A DNA stretch of 64,000 bases, taken from positions 682,001-746,000 of the forward strand of contig MU008185.1 of the NCBI GenBank assembly GCA_010909165.1, in the 5' to 3' direction. Within the stretch, counting starts at the first letter, position 1; each line of letters opens with the position of its first letter. The position numbers were made by a program, and so were the translations under genes. The notes under the pieces are model-generated. The model was not told where the DNA came from and ran no database searches. It saw nothing but the letters and a program-made list of their open reading frames with translations. This DNA is from Anthoceros angustus. Taxonomy: Eukaryota > Plantae > Anthocerotophyta. Positions 1-10,462 of the stretch are shown piece by piece.

Positions 1-622
1 TTCCACGCTGCTCGGATCAAGGCGAGCCCGCGCATTGCAGCGATCTGGCCCAAATTCAGGCAGCGGAAGCTCCCGCCCCCTCCCCCGGCTACCTACAGCT
101 GCCGCGAAGCTTCCGATGGATCGCGCGAGGCGGGCGGCACACGACAGGGCCAAGCTTGGCTTCACAGTCGCGTCGAGCCCAGTCGCCTGGCTGCAGCCTG
201 GGAGGCGCTGCAACGCACGCTAGGGCTTGCCCGCGTACAAGAGGATGGGCACCAGGCCTAGAGCTCCCTACGGTCCCCACTCAGGTTCCTCCACAGATCG
301 AGAGGATATAGTGTTGCGCGCCGCGATGCACTCCAGGTGGCGCCTCGAGTGCTGCGTCAGTTCGGGATTCTGGAATCCCGTCTCCGCATTGCGCGTCTCT
401 GCTCTGTTTCATTACGTTAACGGCGAGGCGATCACTTCTCATTCCTACACGCGATTCTGTTATCCTGCAGTTTGGTTAGATTAGGGTTTGAGCGCACACC
501 GGGTTTACGGGAAAGTGCATGTTGCTGCTGTTCTTGTGCCGTCAACGGCGCAGGGATCGAGGCGCGAATCGCGATGCGCGCCTCCGGTTAGACTGTTAGT
601 CCAGGTTGGCGGCGGGAAGACC

Positions 623-1425
623 ATGGCGGCCGCAGCACCCTCGTCGCTCTTACGCTCCTCCTTCTTCGCGCTTCTGCTGCTGGCGCCGCTGCTGCTCCGC
701 CTGCCTCGCTGCATGGCAGCCGCCGACGCCAGCTTTGCTTCACATGTGAGAAGACTCTCTCCGCCGCATGCATTGCTCTACTCTGCCTGCAACCTTCGCT
801 TCTTCGGATCGCGTGTTCTTACAAGGAAGGCAATTTGCCATTTTCTTAGACCCGCTGTTTGCTGCCTGTCTCGCGTATGCGTGTAATGGAGGCATTTGCC
901 TTTTCTCAGACTAGGTACTCGGTAATTGCTGCTTCAGCAGTGTGCTCACTTCCGCATGTCTCTCCTGTTCGTAACATGGAGGCAATTTGCCCTTTTCTTA
1001 GACTCGCTGCTTGCTGCCTGTCCTTATTGCATGTCTCGACTATTGGTACTAAGGAGGCAATGCTTTCAGCCTGTTGCATTTTCCTGTGTGCTGACTGCCG
1101 CATGTCTCGCCTGTTCGCACTACGGAGGCAATTTGCCATTTTCTTAGACGCGCTGCTCGCTGTCTGCCTGCTGAGAGCTTTCGGAGTGCCGCTCCGTAGC
1201 TCTTAACCGGCTGGCGGATGTTGTGTTCAGGGTGTGGAGCGAAGGAGGACAATTGAGTCTGAGATGCGGGGTCTGAAGAGTGCTCACGGTAGACCTGGCT
1301 CCAAACCACCTCAATGCCACGACGAGTGCAGGAATTGCCGCGGGGAGTGCAGCGCAAAGCCTGTCTATTTGGACAGAAACAGCGCTCACGGCCACGCTGT
1401 TTGGACCTGTACTTGTCTCTACTAG
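623..1425 (+). CDS. EPF/EPFL-family secreted Cys-rich peptide (105 aa, 2 exons: 623-745, 1231-1425), STOMAGEN-like
   Basis: Exon 1 encodes a hydrophobic signal peptide (MAAAAPSSLLRSSFFALLLLAPLLLRLPRCMA). Phase-0 GT-AG intron 746-1230. Exon 2 ends GSKPPQCHDECRNCRGECSAKPVYLDRNSAHGHAVWTCTCLY*, with the GSxPPxC...WxCxC six-Cys EPFL signature. Confidence 0.88.
826..1150 (+). repeat. Degenerate intronic repeat array (5 copies of GGAGGCAATTTGCCATTTTCTTAGAC-like motif)
   Basis: Copies near 826, 888, 978, 1052 and 1124, spaced about 60-90 nt, inside the EPFL intron. Confidence 0.8.
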
Positions 1426-1650
1426 CTGCGATCACGTCCGAGATGTGCCTTGAGGAGCTAGTACTCTACTCCGGAAGAAGTTGGGCGTGTTGACGCCATC
1501 CTGAAGCCGGCATTTCCTTGTTTAGGCCGAACCAATTTTGACAACTCTATATATACCACCTCTTCTATTGCCGTCAAAACTTTGTACATTTTCACTTGTT
1601 TCATAATTTCATGTTTAATATCTTAGGCTTTTCTGGACTACATTTGTCTC

Positions 1651-3642
1651 TCACTTCCGTGGTTGTTGACTATCGCTTTGCTTGCTGGCATTATCTTGTG
1701 GGGCTGCAACTTGTGCTGTTGACGATTCTGTTCCTTGTGCCGAAGCCGTCTCATCCGGGGGTTGTGGGCCAAATGGATCTTCAATATCAATCTCTTCATA
1801 TTTTTCCTCTGAACATTTTCATAATATTAGTAAGATTTTTTAGATTATAACCTATTAATATCCTGGTTTTCAAAAGCATGCAAATACCAGGCCACGGTAA
1901 AGGAGGATTTAGTTTCGCCTTCAACATTGCAGCTATTTCTTCTGGGGTTGGTCCTTCGTCTGGAACGTCATAAAGAATTAGAAGAAAAGCAAATGATTTG
2001 TTTGGATAAGCCCGATGGAATGTGGCAATAATAAAAGATAATTACCTTCATCATCGTCACCCTTTTTCCCTTTCTTTCCTTTCTTCCCCTTTTTGCCTTT
2101 CTTGTCCTTTTTATCCTTTCCTCCCTTGCCCTTTTTGCCCTTTTTCCCCTTTTTCCCTTTCTCCCCTTTCTTTCCCCCTTCTTCTTTCTTTATCAATTCG
2201 GGAGGTACGAAGTAAGGGTCCTTCTTAACTGGAGCTCCTTTCTTAGCTTTTTTCTTCTTCACAGGAGCAACCACCTCTGTAGATAGAGCAACAAGAGCTG
2301 CTGCTGGAGTTGCAGCAGGTGGGGCACCATGAGCTCCAGGTACAATAGCTGTTGTGATGTTTTTAAGAAAGTATGGCTGTTATAATATTTTAAAGTAACA
2401 ATTGCATAACATCATTTTATTATAAATTATTATTTTATATTATAATAATTTTAAAGAAGTAAGAAATTTAAAGGGATATCTATTTAAGCTATCACATACC
2501 ATTGGAATCTGTTGTAGAAGCTACCACAGTGTTTGGAGTGGGAGAACTTCCACTTCCTAATGTATTGTCATTTTCACCAACGGCACCTTGAGGTGGTAGT
2601 CTATCTTCTCCACTTGGCACTATCGGTAGAACTTGAGTTGTAGGTACAATAGATAATCCATTTGAATTTCCATCTGTAATGGTTCTCCTGCATTTCAAAG
2701 ATATTTGTAATGGATGTATTTGTGATAGCTATTGTATCTAGGTTCCTTGTTATAAATATAAAGTGATGCAATTGTTTTTGGTGAAATCCAATCAAATTAG
2801 GTACAAAATGATGCATCAAACATATTTGATGAAAACATTCATGTAGTAATCTAATTACCATTCCCTAGAGCCTCAATAGGCTTTCCTTCTTGAAGAGTTT
2901 CAGGTGGTGGAGGTTCCGCTACAAAAATAAAATGCAAATAAGAATAGTTGAATGTTATTTCATAATTTTTAAAATATTATTGTCAATCAAATCTACTATT
3001 AACTTTCTTAATCACACAATAATGCACTTACGAAGCTTCAATGTAAGTGCCACAATGTCATCATTTTCAACCTACATTGTTTATATAAGAAGAATTTAGA
3101 AACATGATGTCTATTTGGTGAATACTTAGGTGACAACCAAAGCTTCTACCCTTGATTTTGTACATATTTTAATAAAACATAAAAATAGATGTTAAGAATA
3201 AGAAATGTATTACCTTTTGTTCAAAAAGAGTTTTGGCATCTTCTAGTATAATTTGTTCATGTGAAGTAGTAGCTAGCAAAATAAGGCGTTGTTCATCGAC
3301 ATGATTTTCACTCAAGGTCTGCAACCTTTGTTTCACTTCCAACACTGTTTCCAATGGATGACAATATACGAAGTATGTAGTTCTTTTCCGCTTCACTCTC
3401 ATGTATATACTTGGTAACAAGATTTTGTCTAATAAAGTCTGGTAGAGGTTAAAAAACTATTTCAAGCATAATTCATCAGCAAATTTCGTAATCTGACATG
3501 AGATATGTAGTCTAGCTTAATGTCTTACCACCGGTTCGAAATTGATTTTCTCAAGAGGTGGAAGTAAAGGAGACCGAGGTGGAGGTGCTGGCTCTTTCTT
3601 TTTCTTCCCTTTCTTTTTCCCACCTTTTTTCTTGGGAGCCAT
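1651..3642 (-). CDS. Elongin-B-like ubiquitin-fold protein with Lys/Gly-rich N-terminus and large low-complexity insertion (~381 aa, 8 exons)
   Basis: Exons 3642-3529, 3438-3214, 3071-3032, 2918-2859, 2673-2500, 2348-2046, 1959-1888, 1808-1651 join in frame through GT-AG introns. Core IYMRVKRKRTTYFVYCHPLETVLEVKQRL...QRLILL...LEDAKTLFEQKVENDDIVALTLK matches plant Elongin-B-like Ubl proteins as recalled. Confidence 0.78.
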
Positions 3643-6394
3643 TATGCACTTCTATTTCATACTCCAGATGCCAATCCAATGGAGTAAATCACAAACATGT
3701 CTAATTACTGTGATATATTTTTTAATTAATTTAAAAGGTATTGGGAGATATAAGTAGATCCAAGTCACAATGATATATTTAAAGAGGAGATATAAGTAGA
3801 TCCAAGTCACAAGGATATCATTGAAAATTTTTCACACACAGAGATATTCTATACCTAATAAATAGTATAATTAAATAAGTGGGTAGATACTAGGGATGAG
3901 AGATGAAAAGACAATACTGTTATTGTTATGAGCGCATAAGTAATTAAGCTATCGAATGCTTAAATGAAAAACTCCTCAAAACCTCATAAACACAAGTATG
4001 TTATAGTGGAAGACCACATGACACTCGTCATCCACTATAGTTCATATAACAAGTCTATATGTGATCTTTAAAATATATGCTTCAATATCTCCTTGATGCT
4101 CCCAATTCATGAATGGACTTTCTTATCTTTTTGCTTTTCAGATATTGATAGGAATGGATTCCTTACTTTTTATTTATATTTTTAATTTTATTATATATAA
4201 TAATTACTTCGCAAGCAACAAACCTGTGTTGGACAAACTGTGTATATCTTCGATCTTGTATGTCACCAACCTGGTCTTCACCTTTTTCAACCAAAAAGCC
4301 GAATAAGATATATCACTTTTTATCTAAGTAGTCAGTGTAGGTACGACACGTTACATCACTATGTAGATAAAATACGTAGAATAAGTAGGGTAGGAGGTCT
4401 GCTTTTCAATCTCCGAAGCAATTAATAATTCACGCGTGTGGAATCCTGCGTGGCATGCCATGCCCCGTCCATCCTGTTTTCTCTCTCGTCATACCCCGTA
4501 CACAACACCATACACCCATCTCCATAGAGTTGCAGCTTGGGAATTTTGTCGAGCACGTACGGCACAACCCTAGTATGCATATCGCACACTGAAAACCAGG
4601 CACGATGTAAACCGTGCGTGAAAATGAGAGCAGTGCGTAGGAAGTGCAAACTATGCACGGGTTTTAAACTGTGCCAAATTGGATCACGGTGTCATTTCCG
4701 CCAACGTAACCTAGACCAAGCATTCTAGCCGCCAAGCATGCTTCGTCCATAGAGTGCCCGCTGAAGGTACAATCTCCCGGGCTTGGTCAATTCTGCACCG
4801 ACGATCTAAGTTGGCAATTCTGAAGGATTTGGAGATTGCCCACATTCCGTGGAGTAGAGTACAAGATTTCATTTCTGGTGAAGGCTTCAAACATGCTGCA
4901 AGTTTCTATCGGAAGGATTTAAAGACTCGAAATTCACTGTCACCACCAATTGTGCCGTCCTTGGACACCGCAGTCACATATATGAGGTACCTTCCACAAC
5001 TTCCAAGTTCTCTACACTAATTTCCCTAACCACGTTGGTTTCCTAGCTTGCTGGCCTCTGTCCATGTTCGGCTTTGTTTGCCTTAGGTTGAAGCCGAATC
5101 TTGCTATGTGCTGTTGTGTGTTTCTGTGCCAGGCAAGCCTTCAATCCAAATCTGGCATGCTCTGTTTGTCCAAACCCGGTATGCTCTGTTTCGCCAAATC
5201 TGGCATGTTCTGCTTAGGAATTTAGGAGCCCGTAGTTTTCGCTCGAGTTTCGTAGCAGCTGTTACTTTATGGAAATAGCACTGCAAGTTTGCATGCTATG
5301 TTGGGAGAAGTTTTTGCAGGCCATGCTCTTCGTACGAGCTATGCTATGTTGAGACGGGCCAGCGTGCTTTTGACCGCCAGTACCTGTATTGTGGGAGCTT
5401 GTGCCACCGTATTTCAGGTCACCTGTACATCAGTTTCTCACTAGTTTCGGGTCCACCAGATTTCATGAAGATAAGCCTGTATCCTGTCAACAACAGATGT
5501 CTGGTGTTACCTTGTGGAAAGTCTGTATCATATATTTGCTTTGTTCTCTGCAGCAATATGTCTGTATGCCTTGTTTGTATTCACACTGCAAACACACGGG
5601 CTGTATATATTGTAAACGCTGATATATTGTGTTTGAATTATGTAGGTATTGGTGTTCATATGGACCGGAGGATTTTCGAGCTGCTACCACACCGAAGAAT
5701 TGTGTGCATGAAGACCAGATGTATAGTCAATTTTGTTGTGAAGCGGTTGCTCTTATTTTCTGAAGTTGCTCAAATCCTTCTTCATGAAGGAGCGCATGTA
5801 GATCGTGCACGTGATGTTTGCCATGGTCCGCAGTATGTGGGATACCCTAAATTGTCTAGAGCTCCTTGGCTCTCGAAAGAGAAAAGGATTGGGTTAAACA
5901 TTGTCTTTATTGCAAGGTTTATGTGTTGGAGATTATGCGTCAGCATATTGCAGTTGTGTACGAGAAGATGAGTCACTACATAGGACATGAGCGTGGTGGT
6001 GACGTTCGAGATGACTACATGTAGTGCAAGGATGTGTTGAACATGAAACGACAGGTGGAAGCGGGTGATTGGAAACTAGACCCCGATGATGAAAAGTCCA
6101 CAGAGATGTGGCTCAAAGTAAATGCTGACCTCATCTTCCATAGATCAGAACCTGGTGAACCTTTTGTTTTAGGATTGCAAACTCCTTTCATGCGGCAGAT
6201 GTTGATCAAGCATGGTAATAATAGTGTTTTAGCCATGGACGCCACATTTGGTATGAACAAGTATAGGTACCACTTGTTTACGGTGATGGTTTTTTATCAA
6301 CACTTATAAAACTGTGAGAGTAGAATACTCTTGTTTCTCCCTTGTTTGGTTGGCCTTAAAAGGCCAAACCCCCTGGTGGACGCCTCATTCCTCT

Positions 6395-6600
6395 CCTTGG
6401 ATTTGGGCTTTTTCTCCTTCTCTCCTTGGACTTGGGCTTCTTCTCCTCCTCTTCTTGGACTTGGGCTTCTTCTCCTCCTCTTCTTGGACTTGGGCTTCTT
6501 CTCCTCCTCTTCTTGGACTTGGGCTTCTTCTCCTCCTCTTCTTGGACTTGGGCTTCTTCTCCTCCTTTCCTTGGACTTGGGCTTCTTCTCTTGGCCTCAC
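6395..6600 (+). repeat. 30-bp tandem repeat (CTTGGACTTGGGCTTCTTCTCCTCCTCTTC), about 6 copies
   Basis: Directly visible; accounts for the repetitive ORFs 6314-6645. Confidence 0.95.
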
Positions 6601-6744
6601 GCCTTGAGACTTAGGCCTCTTCTTTGGCCTTGGTCCCCTCTCTAGGCCTCAAGCCTTGGGACTTGGGCCTCTCATTTGGCCTTAGGCCCCAAGCCTTGGG
6701 CACACTTTAGAGGGTCTCTTGCCTACTTGCTTAAAGAGCTAGCA

Positions 6745-7140
6745 TTGCCTAACGTCGCCTAGCATCACCTAGCGTCGCCTAGCATCGCCTAGCACACTAA
6801 GCCTAGCACGGCCTAGCATCCCCTAGCACACTAAGCCTAGCACGGCCTAGCATCGCCTAGCAGACTAAGCCTAGCACGGCCTAGTATCGCCTAGCATCAC
6901 CTAGCATCGCCTAGCACACTAAGCCTAGCACGGCCTAGCATCGCCTAGCATCGCCTAGCACACTAAGCCTAGCGGGCCTAACATCGCCTAGCACGCCTAG
7001 CATGGCCTAGCATCGCCTAGCACACTAAGCCTAGCACGGCCTAGCATCGCCTAGCACGGCCTAGCATCGCCTAGCACACTAAGCCTAGCACGGCCTAGCA
7101 TTGCCCAGCAAACTAAGCTTAGCAAGCTTATCAATCCTAG
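6745..7140 (+). repeat. GCCTAGC-based minisatellite (CCTAGCATCG / CCTAGCACGG / CCTAGCACACTAAG units)
   Basis: Directly visible, more than 25 short units. Confidence 0.95.
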
Positions 7141-7292
7141 CACTCCTATCTAGCGTACCTACACGAGATCATAGCTTGTAACAAAAGGAGGGAGTAGCTC
7201 ACACATCATGGCATACACACTCTCCCCACGAGAACAACATGCAAATTCCTCACACATTGCTCTCTGAGTCATAGCTTTGGCCTCCTCACAAC

Positions 7293-7643
7293 CCCTTGCA
7301 TTGCATATCTAGAGGACAAGCTACGATCTGAGCTTGTCCTCATTGAAAGGGTCTATATATATTAGCCCTTGCATTGCATATCTAGAGGACAAGCTACGAT
7401 CTGAGCTTGTCCTCATTGAAAGGGTCTATATATATTAGCCCTTGGCATCGGCATATTCCTAAGATATCCTATTGGCATCAGCATATGCCGGAAATATCCT
7501 AAGAATACACTATAATATGGAAGGAATATGCTAAAGCATATTACTTGAGCTTATGCACTTAGCTATTGTATCCTAAGAATACACTTTAATATGCAAGGAA
7601 TATGCCAAAGCATATTACTTGAGCTTATGCACTTAGCTATTGC
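7293..7643 (+). repeat. Two direct-repeat pairs: 73 bp x2 (each with hairpin GAGGACAAGCT-N8-AGCTTGTCCTC) and ~74 bp x2
   Basis: 7293-7365 = 7366-7438; 7495-7568 approximately = 7569-7643. Confidence 0.9.
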
Positions 7644-10462
7644 TAACCATGTTTAATTAACACTAATCAATACTTAATTAACATAAGTGCCTTAGATTAA
7701 TTAATAAGTAATTATATTAATTAATGCTAATCAAACACTAAACCCAAGTGTAGAGATTAGTATCACACGGCATGACAGTTGCTGTGTAATGTTTAGGATT
7801 TCTTTATGGCAGACATGTGTTTGAAGAACTGCAAGATGTTTCTCCATGCTGGACAAGATACCTCATCTGCTTTGAAGGCCTCTCATCGGTTCTCAAAGGA
7901 AAGAGTATCTTTCACCAAGGCTGCGTCGCCAGGAAGGCGTATGGATTGGCTTCTGCTTTAACTTGTGAATGAGGCGGCACGACATTACTGGTACCTTGAT
8001 TTCACCAAGGCTGAGGGTTACAAGTCGAATTCAAAGCTCAAGAAGGTATATGAGCATGTTGTGTTTGCAGCAAGCACCATCCTAGATGAGGCTATCATAT
8101 TCTCGTCTTAGTTGGGTCTACTGTTGCATATTGCATGTCCTTTGAGGATAGTGAAAAGGTATATGTCATTGAGGCTGCACACTCTCCATGGGCATTCTGT
8201 ACTTGTAGGATGGGGAAAAAAGGATTCATTTGCGTTTCATGTTGTGAAGGTGCAACAGGTGTTTGGTATATTTGAACATATTTCCTAGTTATTGCGCCTT
8301 GCTTGGTGTACCAATGGATCTTATGTTCCGGCACAGGAAGAAGGAAGTACATTACCTGATTTCACTGTTGCTGTGGATAACGAGATGTCATATGGTATTC
8401 GTGTTCAGGATATAACAGCGCAATGCGCCAGTGGCGGTGTCACACCTCTTCTCAGCAACGCAGGTAGCTTGGAGAAGTTGAAGCTGAAACAACATCGAGA
8501 CTTAGATGCAATTTGCATGGGTATTCCAAGCATTGTGGAAGCCAAGCCTGCTATTTTGTTTGAGGTCTGCGCAATAATGGAACAAGCTCAATATCCTATT
8601 AGTGAGGTTGCAAATCGGGTGGACGAGGCCTCAAGCAGTAGACCGGTATTAGATGAGTTTGTTCCGAATGACGGGACCAACCGATTGGTGTATTTCAATG
8701 GCATTGAAGAACTTTCAAAATCGAAGAAGAAAAAAGTGTCATTGCAGCTTTAGGTGATGGTGAATACATGGTTATGTGCTTTAGTTAATTGTGAAATAGG
8801 TACTTATAACCTGTGGTGCATGCTTTAGTTTTTACTTTGTGATGCCTTTGTTTTATCATCGTGTTTGAAGGCTTGTGTATACTTGGTGAAGTTGTAATCG
8901 AGGGCTGAGGGGTTCATTGAAGCCTTGGTTCTATAACGGGGGTGAAACATATATTTTGCTTTACACTTAAACGGTATAAGGAAGGATGAAAAAAGATATT
9001 AGCTACGTAATTGGATATAATGCATCTCGACTTGCAAGAAAAAGGCAACATAACAAGTTTCATCTCGACTTGTAAGGAAAAGGTGACACAACAAGTTTCC
9101 TGTCCACTGTATGAATAGTCTCCCAAATAACAAGGACCAGAATAGGGCAATCGGGAATTAGCATAGTAGGAGACATGGATGGCTACATAGTGTTAGAACA
9201 ATAGACCCTGCACATGAATGGCGCAAGCAAGCTTGCCACAGCCTTACATGGACATTGCAAACGATCGACGTGCACAAATTTGTCCATCTGAATGCCCCTC
9301 GGAAGTCGAGGAGCATTGCCAAGGTGAGGCTAGCGAAATGCTCCCAAGCGAATGACCCCACGCCTCCTTCTCCCCTCTTATTTAGGAACCTCCCGTTCTC
9401 GTGGGCATTGCCAAGGTGAGGCCAACGAAATGCTCCCAAGCGAATGACCCCACGCCTCCTTCTCCTCCCCCTCTCATTCAGGAACCTCCTCCCCTCTGAT
9501 TCAAGAACCTCCTGCTCGTCCCTTCTTCGCCCCTAGTGCCACCTTGCTCGCCCCTCCTTCCCCATCGCCCCTCTCCGCCCCCATGCCCGCCGCCTCTCCC
9601 CTCTCGCCCCGCGCCCACCTCCCGCCCGCGCCCACCGCCTCCCGCGCCCACCTCCGTGCCCGGCCTCGGCCTCGCCCGTCCCACACTCCCTCCCGAGCCC
9701 ACCGTCCCTACCCAGCCCTTCCCGACGCCAGCCCATGCCATGCCCCGCCCACCATCCTGTCCCCCGTCCCTCGCGCCCCCATACCAAGTCGGTCCTCGCT
9801 CCTGGATTCCGCTCCCCGCGGCCTTCAGATCGTTCTTGCCTTCCGCTCTGCACTACCTTCAAATCGCTCCTGCCTTCTACTCCCCGCTGCCTTCAGATCG
9901 CTCCTGCCTTCTGCGCCCTGTTGCCTTCATATCCCCACTCTTGGCTTCCGCTCTATGTTTGTCTTTGGGTTTCATTTGTTTGAAACGACGTGCTTTCATA
10001 CTTCCCACGCACGATTCAGAAATTAAGCATGGTTTACATCATAACCTCGTTGTGGTGCGTGTCGTTGTGGTTTATATCATAACCTCGTTGTGGGTTGTGC
10101 CCGCCAAGTCCCTGCCAAAATACAGCAGCGACGGCCCTGTATGGATCGCTACATGGTGTTGTGTACGGTGTATGCCATGATGAGATAGAAATCGGGATTG
10201 GGCGGGGCATAGCATGCCACGCGGGATTTTATCCGAGTGAATCATGAATTGCTTCGGAGATCGAGACGCAGGCGGGTACGAGGAGGCTGCACCTGGCCCG
10301 TGGCTGAAGTCTAGTGCTTGCTAGAGTCCAACAACTGGAAGCTGATCGATATCACGGAAACCTGGTTCCGACTAGCAGCCTTCCGCGAATTTGCGCTTGT
10401 CGCTATCACCAACGACGCGGAATAGGCGGACGCAGAGGCAGATGTGGTGCGCGGCCAGAAGC

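Larger units (their letters stand above)
6313..7767. mobile_element. Solo-LTR-like insertion (TGTGA...TCACA) inside the MULE transposase, built of tandem repeats
   Basis: TG...CA ends with 5-bp inverted termini. Splits the transposase reading ...FYQH | ..GMTVA. Contains 30-bp, CCTAGC-type, 73-bp and ~74-bp repeat arrays. No exact TSD. Confidence 0.6.
5690..8750 (+). pseudogene. MULE transposase pseudogene (At4g13970/At1g60560-like SWIM class), interrupted by an insertion
   Basis: Fragments CIVNFVVKRL...HVD...CHGP, FVLGLQTPFMRQML..HGNNSVLAMDATFGMNKYRYHLFTVMVF, RRMDWLL...HYWYLD and SWIM-like FCTCRMGKKGFIC; internal stops and frameshifts. Confidence 0.75.
4398..10272 (+). mobile_element. Decayed Mutator-like (MULE) DNA transposon with long imperfect TIRs
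   Basis: 4398-~4520 (ctgcttttcaatctccgaagcaattaataattcac...gcgtggcatgccatgccccg...cgtacacaacaccat) is the imperfect reverse complement of ~10150-10272. Internal transposase remnants are present. No clean TSD seen. Confidence 0.8.

Noticed and set aside
6314-6645. Repetitive hydrophobic ORFs (LGLGLLLLL) and the SR-like antisense ORF
   Set aside because: Translations of the 30-bp tandem repeat.
7293-7438. Hairpin-containing direct repeat resembling a CRISPR repeat
   Set aside because: Only two copies, and the intervening sequence is identical rather than unique.
9478-10180. Several Pro-rich or Gly-rich ORFs (up to 214 aa)
   Set aside because: Arise from a C-rich low-complexity, internally repeated subterminal part of the MULE; all frames are open for compositional reasons.
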